A stretch of 64,000 nucleotides of DNA from Terriglobales bacterium (GTDB lineage Bacteria > Acidobacteriota > Terriglobia > Terriglobales > SCQP01), in contig JBOGKM010000040.1 in the NCBI GenBank assembly GCA_050747745.1, positions 7,978-71,977 on the forward strand, read 5' to 3'. Both the position numbers and the translations under genes were made by a program. The notes under the pieces were generated by a model. That model made no database searches. It worked only from the letters and a program-made list of their open reading frames with translations, and was not told the origin of the DNA. Positions 57,388 through 64,000 of the stretch are shown one piece after another; position 1 is the stretch's first letter, and each line of letters starts with the position of its first letter.

Positions 57388-58446
57388 TCACGGGCGGGCT
57401 TCAAAGACCAAGTGAAGCGGGGTTTCGGCGGCGCGGCGAAAATGGCTGAAACCGCCCCGGGCCACCACGTCGCGCAGGCGCTGCTCGCCGGCTTGCGCTC
57501 CCAGCGCCAGGCCGACCTCCTGGGAAAGCGAAGCGGGAGTACACAGTAGTGTGGAAGCACCGTAGTAGGCGCGGCCGATAGGATTGAGATTGCCGGTCAG
57601 GTCATCTTGGGCGAAGGGTTCGACGATCATCCAAGCGCCGTCTTTTTTGAGCGAGGCACGAACGTGGGCGGCCGCGCCAACCGGATCGCCCATGTCGTGC
57701 AGGCAATCGAAAAAGGCGACGAAATCGAAATCAGCGCCGGGATAATCTTTGGCCTGCGCGACTTCGAAGCGGATGCGATCGCCCACGCCTGCCTGGCGGG
57801 CGCGCTGGCGGGCGGCGACGAGGGAGGATTCGTGATAGTCGAAGCCGGTGAATGACGAGACAGGGAAAGCTTGCGCCATCAGGATGGTCGAAGCACCCAG
57901 GCCGCAGCCCACATCGGCAACCCGCGCGCCGGCGCGCAGCTTGGATTCGACGCCATCCAGAGCGGGTATCCAGGAGCTGACCAGGTTGGCGGCATAGCTG
58001 GGGCGGAAAAAGCGCTCGGTGCCCACGAACAGTTCGGGATGATGTTCGTGCCAGCCCATGCCCTTGCCGGTGCGAAAGCACGCGGCCACGCGCTCCTGTG
58101 ATTTTACCGCCGCCAAAGCGCACTGAAAAGCGCCCGGCAGAAAAACCGGGCTGCCCTCGTCGGCGAGGGCGAAGGCCTGCTCTTCCGAGAGATGAAATTT
58201 GCCGCTGGCGGAGTCGTAGTTGGCGTAGCCGCCCGCCGCCTGGGCGCACAGCCACTCGCGCACGTAACGCTCGGCGGTGCCGGTGATGCGGGCCAGCTCG
58301 GCCGGGGTTTGCGGGCCATGCGCCGCCAGTGCTTTGTAAAGACCGAGCTGATCGCCGATGCAGATCAGCGCCGCTTGGAGCGTAGCTCCGAAATCAACGA
58401 CCGCCTTAACCACGAACTCGTGAAGTTTATCCGGATTGACTGCCAT
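57388..58446 (-). CDS. Class I SAM-dependent methyltransferase with N-terminal winged-helix dimerisation domain
   Basis: Motif I VADVGCGLGAST, post-I FDYHE, FDFVAFFDCLHDMGDP. The N-terminus LGLYKALAAHGPQTPAELARITGTAERYVREWL is wHTH-like. Confidence 0.88.
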   Translation of the reverse strand: MAVNPDKLHEFVVKAVVDFGATLQAALICIGDQLGLYKALAAHGPQTPAELARITGTAERYVREWLCAQAAGGYANYDSASGKFHLSEEQAFALADEGSPVFLPGAFQCALAAVKSQERVAACFRTGKGMGWHEHHPELFVGTERFFRPSYAANLVSSWIPALDGVESKLRAGARVADVGCGLGASTILMAQAFPVSSFTGFDYHESSLVAARQRARQAGVGDRIRFEVAQAKDYPGADFDFVAFFDCLHDMGDPVGAAAHVRASLKKDGAWMIVEPFAQDDLTGNLNPIGRAYYGASTLLCTPASLSQEVGLALGAQAGEQRLRDVVARGGFSHFRRAAETPLHLVFEARP

Positions 58447-58523
58447 GGAAAGAATGTGGCCGGTTTGCGCGCGCCGCGCAAGTAGCCTAAAAGGACCATA
58501 GACTATATATGTGGCGTGTCATC

Positions 58524-59495
58524 ATGAGCTATCGCCAAATGAGGTCTGAGGATGTTGGCGCTTGCGTGAAGCTGATCGGGCAGCACCCGGTCATTGGACC
58601 GCGCTATGGCCATTCGCTGGGCGAACTGGGGCGAGCCTGGCAGCGGTTGCTCGGCAGCAGCGCGCTGAAGGCGGTTGTATTTGAGGAAGGGGCGCGGCTG
58701 TGGGGCGTGGGGGTTTCGGCTTTCGTACAGGAAAGCTTCTTGCGGGAAATCAAGCAGCTGCCCTTGTTCTGGATCGGACCGGGATTGGCGCGGCGCATCG
58801 CCGCCGGGGAATCGCCGCTGCTGAGCGAGCGGCAGATCGAGGAGGCGAATGCTTGCGGAGGGTTGAGCGCGGTGACCTGGGAGGGTTGCATTGGCGCTGA
58901 ATTTGCGAAGCGCTCCGAGCTCTATCACGAGTTGATGACCGCGTTTCTGGAACAACACCGCGGCTATTTGTGGAAAGAGCAGATCGCCTCGCAGGCGGAA
59001 AGCGCGGGACGGCTGCGGTGGACGCTGCATTCCGGCGGGCGCATGTGGGATGCGGGGAAGGGATGCTATACGGCGGGAGTGGGAGCGGGCCTGACGGCGA
59101 TCGCGCGGGCCCCGCATGTGGTGGGCATTACGCGTGATATGGATCGCGGCCGCCCCAGTTCCTGGGTGGGTGCGCTGTTCGATTATCATGCGCCCCGGCT
59201 GGGGCTGAGCCGTGGCGAGCAACGGCTATTGCTAGCCGCGTTCGAGACCGGCGCCACAACGGACCGGGAATTGGCAGCCGCGTTGCGCCTTTCGCTGCCC
59301 AGCGTTAAAAAAATGTGGCTGTCGGCTTATGCCCGCGCCGCTGCGGTGCTGCCGGAGATGTTGCCGGGCCGGGCAATGGAAGGGAGGGATGCGATGGAGC
59401 GCGGAAAGGAGAAAAAGCGGCGGCTGTTAGCGTATGTGCGCGCGCATCCGGAGGAGCTGCGGCCGGTGGCAAAAAAGCTGCTGGCCTCCGCATGA
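58524..59495 (+). CDS. Hypothetical regulator: uncharacterised N-terminal domain plus C-terminal LuxR/GerE-like HTH
   Basis: LSRGEQRLLLAAFETGATTDRELAAALRLSLPSVKKMWLSAYARA resembles the GerE HTH. The N-terminal ~230 aa are unassigned. ATG 58524 is preferred. Confidence 0.55.
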   Translation: MSYRQMRSEDVGACVKLIGQHPVIGPRYGHSLGELGRAWQRLLGSSALKAVVFEEGARLWGVGVSAFVQESFLREIKQLPLFWIGPGLARRIAAGESPLLSERQIEEANACGGLSAVTWEGCIGAEFAKRSELYHELMTAFLEQHRGYLWKEQIASQAESAGRLRWTLHSGGRMWDAGKGCYTAGVGAGLTAIARAPHVVGITRDMDRGRPSSWVGALFDYHAPRLGLSRGEQRLLLAAFETGATTDRELAAALRLSLPSVKKMWLSAYARAAAVLPEMLPGRAMEGRDAMERGKEKKRRLLAYVRAHPEELRPVAKKLLASA

Positions 59496-59579
59496 TCGGC
59501 ATGTCATAGCGCGGTGCGGTGGCGCTGGCGAGCGTGCCCCGATGCGAGGTAAACTGAGCCGGTCAATTCAGGAGGGTTC

Positions 59580-62500
59580 ATGTCCGTACGCATGTCGGGT
59601 TTAGCATTTGTCGCCGTGCTTGGGGTTTCGGTGGCCGCCTTTGCTCAGGTGAATCCTAACCTCTATGCCGGACTGCGCTGGCGCAACCTTGGCCCGCATC
59701 ACGGCGGCCGCATTGCCTCGGTTTCCGGCGCGATCGGTCCGGGCCAGGCGGGGGTATTTTACGCCGGCTTGCCACAAGGCGGAATGGAAAAAACCACCGA
59801 CGCCGGGGTGACATGGTTCTACATCTTCGATCAGTTCAAAAACGTCGACAGCGTAGGCGCGGTGCAGGTCGCGCCGTCCAATCCTGACATTGTCTATGCT
59901 GGAACCGGCGATTCGGTGGGCGGCAGCCTGGGTGACGGCATGTATAAATCCACCGATGCGGGCAAGACCTGGACGCACATCGGCCTGGAAAATACGGTCA
60001 AGATCAATACCATCCTGATCTCCCCGACCGACCCCAACGTGGTGCTGGTGTCCACGCAGGGCAACGCCACCCATAACGGACGCGGCGTGTTCCAGACTAC
60101 GGACGGCGGCCAGACCTGGACGAATGTACTGAACCCGAAGGGCTATAACGGCACGCGCGACATCGCTTACGCCTTTGACGTGCCCAATGTGGTCTTCGCC
60201 ACCACGCAAGGCACGGGTGGGTTCCGCTTCGGGCCGCGCCCACGGAACGCGCCGAAGCCCAAGCCCGCCCAACTGTTCAAATCCACCGACGGCGGCCAGA
60301 CCTGGACGCAGATCACCACCATTCCGGATTACACTGGCCGCATCGGCGTGGCCGTGGCCATGCACACCAACGCGCAACGCATCTTCGTGGTGGGCAACGG
60401 CATCGACCATGGCTCGGGGCTGTACCGTTCCGACGATGGCGGCCAGACCTGGCGCCACATGGACGTTCACGATCTGGACGTCGGGAACGGGCAAGGCAGC
60501 TACAGCTGCGGCGTGTACGTGAGCTCGACCGACCCCAACGTGGTCTATACCATGGCCACCGCAGTGTATCGCTCCACCGATGGCGGCAATACCTTCGCAC
60601 CGTTCAAGGGCGCGCCCGGCGGGGAAGACGCCCACCCCATGTGGATCGACCCAACCAACGGCAATCGCATGATCGAAGGCATGGACCAGGGCGCCGGGAT
60701 TACGCTGAATGGCGGCACGACGTGGAGCAGCTATTACAGCCAAACGGACAGCCAACTGTATCACCTGGCGACCACGAACACCTATCCCTTCTGGATCCTG
60801 GCCTCGCAGCAGGATACTGGGGCGGTCATGGTGCGCAATCGCGGCGATTTCGGAGAAGTCAACTACGATTGGCATCCGCTGGATTCGTCGGAATTCGGGC
60901 GGCTGGCGATTTCCCCGCTCAACCCCAATATCGTCTACGGTGTCGGCTACGGTCCCGGCGGCGGCGGCAGCGGGATCATCAAAATCGATACGTCCACCGG
61001 ACAGTGGGAGAACGTGGCGCCGAATTTTGGTGTCAATGCAACCAAGTACCATCAGGGCCGCGATTTCGCCAAGCATTTTGATACCGCCTTCAATCCCAGC
61101 GCTCTCTACGTCGCCTATCAGTGCCTGATGGTGACCACCGATGGCGCCCAGAGCTGGAAGGTCTTCAGCCCCGACCTCACCACCAAGCAAGGTCAGCCGC
61201 AAATCCAATGCGGCGCACCCGAGCCGGGCGTGAAAACCGGCGGGCCGTTCAACCCCTTCGCGTCCCGCGGCAACTCGATCAATGATTTCTCCATTTCCAC
61301 GGCCAAGAAAGGGGTGTTCTGGACAGTCAGCAGCAACGGCCAGATCTATAACACCATGGACGGCGGCAAACACTGGAATAACGTAACCAATATTCCCAAC
61401 GCCAAGGGCATTTCGTTCCTCAACATCCAGGCCAGCCACCAGAACCCGCAGGAGGCCTACATCTCCGGCCGTCTCGGCGGCGGGCGCGGCTTCAGCGCGG
61501 CGCCGGCACACGGGGATACCAACGTGCCCTTGATCTGGCGCACCACCGACGGCGGCAAGACGTGGACAAAAATCGTCAGCGGCCTGCCGCAGGATCAGCG
61601 CAGCGAAAGTTGGGTCAACGTGGTGCGCGAGGATCCGGAGCAGCCGGGACTGCTGTTCTGCGGTACGGAGTCGGCGGTCTACGTCTCCTTTGACGATGGC
61701 AACAACTGGCAGTCACTGCAGCTCAACATGCCGACCACCTCGATCCGCGACCTGAAGTTCCACACCTTCGATCACGAAAACGATATTGTGATCGTGACCT
61801 ACGGCCGCGGCATTTGGGTGCTGGACGACTATGCACCGCTGCGGCAAATCGCCGCCAAAGCATCCTCGATCGCCTCCGCGCCGGCATACCTGTTCCAGCC
61901 GGGGGATGCCATTCGTTCGCGCATTAACACCAACTGGGATCAGCCGACCGAACCCTGGGAGCATTACGCGGAAAATCCTCCCTACGGCGCCGCTTTTTAC
62001 TACTACCTCAGCCAGGCGCCCACGGGCCAGATCAGCTTGAGCATTTATGACTCCCACGGCGGCTTGGTGGACACCATAACCAGCACGCTGCCGCCGGCGA
62101 TCACTGGCGCCGAGTTTCCGGCCTACTGGCTGGCCACGCCCGAAAGTCGCGCGCTTTCCACCAACGTAGGAACCAACCGTTTCGTCTGGAATCTACACTA
62201 TGCGCCTCCGCCGGCGTTCCAGCACGATCTGGAAAACCAGATGGACTCGGTCGAGCACGAAACCACGCCCGGCCCGAAGGGCCCGCAGGTGATCCCGGGT
62301 GTTTACACCGTCAAGCTGACGGTGAATGGCCAAACCTACACGCGCAAGCTGACGGTCATCAACGATCCGCGCGTGGGCCAGGGGCCGGAGGTGATGGCGG
62401 CGCTGCGCGCGCAGAACAAGCTGAACATGCTGACCTATCGTTCCATGTTTTACTCCTACGGCGGGCACGCGGCCGCCGCCGCGGCGCTGGCGCAGGTAAC

Positions 62501-62900
62501 GGCGGTGGAAAAGGCCAACTCAACGGGCGCGGTCGCCGCGCAGGCTAAGGTAATTGAGGTAAAACTGAGCTCCATCGCCGGCAAGCTGCCACCTGCTGGC
62601 GGCGGGTTCTTCCGCCGCGGCGCGGTCCCCAAGCCGGGCCAACTGCAGTCGTTTGTGCAGGCGAATAACGCCTTCAACACAATGGTGAGCATGCAGCAGG
62701 TGGGCCTGGACATGGCGCCCACGCCGGCGCAGATCGCCACCTGGGAAAGCGACTGCCAGAATTACGAACGCACGGTTACGGCCTGGGACACGATGCGGTC
62801 CAAGACGCTGGTGGCCTTCAACTCACTGCTGCGCCAAAACAACCTGCAGGCAATCACCGTCGCCCCGGGCAAGCTGTCTGATCCCAGTTGCAAGTTCTAA
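59580..62900 (+). CDS. Large exported BNR/Asp-box repeat protein (sortilin/VPS10- or GH74-like beta-propeller)
   Basis: Signal peptide MSVRMSGLAFVAVLGVSVAAFAQ. At least 10 Asp-box repeats of the S/T-x-D-x-G-x-T-W type (TTDAGVTW, STDAGKTW, TTDGGQTW, STDGGQTW, SDDGGQTW, STDGGNTF, TTDGAQSW, TMDGGKHW, TTDGGKTW, SFDDGNNW). Confidence 0.85.
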   Translation: MSVRMSGLAFVAVLGVSVAAFAQVNPNLYAGLRWRNLGPHHGGRIASVSGAIGPGQAGVFYAGLPQGGMEKTTDAGVTWFYIFDQFKNVDSVGAVQVAPSNPDIVYAGTGDSVGGSLGDGMYKSTDAGKTWTHIGLENTVKINTILISPTDPNVVLVSTQGNATHNGRGVFQTTDGGQTWTNVLNPKGYNGTRDIAYAFDVPNVVFATTQGTGGFRFGPRPRNAPKPKPAQLFKSTDGGQTWTQITTIPDYTGRIGVAVAMHTNAQRIFVVGNGIDHGSGLYRSDDGGQTWRHMDVHDLDVGNGQGSYSCGVYVSSTDPNVVYTMATAVYRSTDGGNTFAPFKGAPGGEDAHPMWIDPTNGNRMIEGMDQGAGITLNGGTTWSSYYSQTDSQLYHLATTNTYPFWILASQQDTGAVMVRNRGDFGEVNYDWHPLDSSEFGRLAISPLNPNIVYGVGYGPGGGGSGIIKIDTSTGQWENVAPNFGVNATKYHQGRDFAKHFDTAFNPSALYVAYQCLMVTTDGAQSWKVFSPDLTTKQGQPQIQCGAPEPGVKTGGPFNPFASRGNSINDFSISTAKKGVFWTVSSNGQIYNTMDGGKHWNNVTNIPNAKGISFLNIQASHQNPQEAYISGRLGGGRGFSAAPAHGDTNVPLIWRTTDGGKTWTKIVSGLPQDQRSESWVNVVREDPEQPGLLFCGTESAVYVSFDDGNNWQSLQLNMPTTSIRDLKFHTFDHENDIVIVTYGRGIWVLDDYAPLRQIAAKASSIASAPAYLFQPGDAIRSRINTNWDQPTEPWEHYAENPPYGAAFYYYLSQAPTGQISLSIYDSHGGLVDTITSTLPPAITGAEFPAYWLATPESRALSTNVGTNRFVWNLHYAPPPAFQHDLENQMDSVEHETTPGPKGPQVIPGVYTVKLTVNGQTYTRKLTVINDPRVGQGPEVMAALRAQNKLNMLTYRSMFYSYGGHAAAAAALAQVTAVEKANSTGAVAAQAKVIEVKLSSIAGKLPPAGGGFFRRGAVPKPGQLQSFVQANNAFNTMVSMQQVGLDMAPTPAQIATWESDCQNYERTVTAWDTMRSKTLVAFNSLLRQNNLQAITVAPGKLSDPSCKF

Positions 62901-62929
62901 GGAAAATCAGCGTTGAAGCTGATTTTTCC
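62901..62929. terminator. Strong hairpin immediately after the stop codon (possible bidirectional terminator)
   Basis: GGAAAATCAGC-GTTGAA-GCTGATTTTTCC forms an 11-bp stem with one bulge or wobble. The U-tract lies within the 3' arm and no clean trailing U-run follows. Confidence 0.45.
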
Positions 62930-62955
62930 ACAGGGAACGTAGGCGGGAGGGAGCG

Positions 62956-63150
62956 CTAGGCGGCGCGGCTGCCGCGGCCATGGGGTAGCCAGGCGGGCCA
63001 GTGGCTAGGCTTGTCTGCCACGGGCTGGGCGGAGTGCGATTGACGCGCCATAAGCTCCAGCACCAGCCCCAGCAATATCGCGCTCATCCCGACCGCCGAC
63101 AAGATCCCCATGGTCAACAGCACGCCGGCGGTGATAGCGGTTAGCGGCAT
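62956..63150 (-). CDS. Possible small membrane protein (64 aa)
   Basis: MPLTAITAGVLLTMGILSAVGMSAILLGLVLELM has one or two hydrophobic helices. No SD or homology evidence. Confidence 0.3.
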   Translation of the reverse strand: MPLTAITAGVLLTMGILSAVGMSAILLGLVLELMARQSHSAQPVADKPSHWPAWLPHGRGSRAA

Positions 63151-63263
63151 AGCATGAATACGAACGAGGCGGTTATCGGCGCTTTCCCGTCCAGACTTTA
63201 GTTCCCGAGTAGCCGGTTGCGCCGCTCCCAACCAGCCCGCAAAATGAGGCTAGGAGGCTCGGG

Positions 63264-64000
63264 ATGACGCTTTTGAGTGCGATTCATTGGGGAAACTGGC
63301 ATATTTGGCTGACGGCGCTGGCCATTTTAGGCGGCACGCTGATCGCGGGCTTAATCGTCCACAAGGCCATTTTTTCCGTCTTGGCGGGCGTGGCAAAAAA
63401 ACCCGGCCGCATCTGGGAGGCATCGCTCAACCAGCATGCCCGGCAGCCCTCCAAATGGTTGCTGCCGGTGGCTGCCATGCTGCTGGCACTGCCCGCGGCG
63501 CCCCTGCCCGCGCTGGTTCACCAGGGCCTGGAGCATCTGTTCAGCCTCATTCTGATCGGCGGCGGCGCCTGGTGCATCATGCTCGCCATTTCTGTGCTGG
63601 GCGACATTCTCGCCGCGCGCTACCGGATTGATGTAGCCGATAATCTCGAAGCCCGCCGCGTCGCCACCCAGGTGCAGGTCATGCGCCGCGTGGTAGGCGT
63701 CATCGTCGTGATCCTCACGCTGGCGCTCATGCTGCTCACCTTCCCGGGCGCCATAGCCATTGGCACCAGCATGCTGGCCTCGGCCGGCCTCGCCGGACTG
63801 GTCATCGGCATGGCCATGCGGCCGACGCTCAGCAATCTCATCGCCGGGATCCAGATCGCTCTCACCCAGCCCATGCGCATCGAGGATGCGGTCATTGTTG
63901 AAGGCGAATGGGGCTGGATCGAGGAGATCACCTCCACCTACGTCGCCGTCCGTCTCTGGGATTGGCGACGCATGATCCTGCCGCTGACCTATTTCATCGA
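63264..64000 (+). CDS. Mechanosensitive ion channel (MscS family); 3' end runs off the window
   Basis: Absent from the ORF track because it has no stop. ATG 63264 lies 6 nt after AGGAGG. Hand translation gives MTLLSAIHWGNWHIWLTALAILGGTLIAGLIV...SMLASAGLAGLVIGMAMRPTLSNLIAGIQIALTQPMRIEDAVIVEGEWGWIEEITSTYVAVRLWDWRR, the MscS TM3/beta-domain signature. Confidence 0.85.
   Translation, partial: MTLLSAIHWGNWHIWLTALAILGGTLIAGLIVHKAIFSVLAGVAKKPGRIWEASLNQHARQPSKWLLPVAAMLLALPAAPLPALVHQGLEHLFSLILIGGGAWCIMLAISVLGDILAARYRIDVADNLEARRVATQVQVMRRVVGVIVVILTLALMLLTFPGAIAIGTSMLASAGLAGLVIGMAMRPTLSNLIAGIQIALTQPMRIEDAVIVEGEWGWIEEITSTYVAVRLWDWRRMILPLTYFI

Noticed and set aside
58892-58907. Sigma-54-like site TGGCGCTGAATTTGCG
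   Set aside because: It lies inside the coding sequence of the LuxR-like gene, has a mismatch in the -24 core (GCGC rather than GCAC), and has no downstream gene start.
59601-61511. 636-aa ORF on the minus strand
   Set aside because: It is antisense to the BNR/Asp-box repeat protein, whose repeats are unmistakable on the plus strand.

Overview
High-GC chromosomal segment (roughly mid-60s % GC by eye, not computed). Gene content suggests Acidobacteriota: an ADOP-type MacB/FtsX permease, PEP-CTERM proteins and many exported hypothetical proteins. This taxon call is inference only. The window is densely packed and mostly housekeeping. It carries gatB, class I fumarate hydratase, pntAA-pntAB-pntB, purA, trxA, rsmA, RNase J, uvrC and a heterodimeric ABC exporter pair. 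It also carries aroK, an ECF sigma/anti-sigma pair, ychF, pnp-rpsO, htrA, infC-rpmI-rplT-pheS-pheT, a SurA-like PPIase, lnt, a Kgd/OdhA-type 2-oxoglutarate dehydrogenase E1 and one tRNA-Phe(GAA). Two genes run off the window edges and are missing from the ORF track: the ADOP permease at 1-1975 (-) and an MscS channel at 63264-64000 (+). Most long antisense ORFs in the track are high-GC artefacts. I saw no CRISPR array, rRNA, intact mobile element, recognisable defence or toxin-antitoxin module, or biosynthetic cluster, so I cannot point to a clear multi-gene novel system. The observations I rate highest are these. (1) A thioredoxin-fold gene (34891-35451) is split in the ORF track by an in-frame TGA exactly at the first Cys of the CxxC motif, with a hairpin 10 nt downstream, making it a candidate selenoprotein (UxxC). 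(2) Two near-perfect sigma-54 -24/-12 promoters (TGGCAC-N5-TTGCA) lie directly upstream of the only two PEP-CTERM genes in the window, each with a CTGTGCAA-N4-KTGCA element 65-90 bp further upstream. (3) A frameshifted, truncated tyrosine-integrase remnant abuts tRNA-Phe. (4) A GT1 glycosyltransferase has lost its C-terminal half. (5) One protein is built from four tandem zinc-ribbon modules. (6) Unrelated exported proteins share oligo-Gly C-terminal tails. All product calls rest on my recognition of motifs in the translations; no database search was run.
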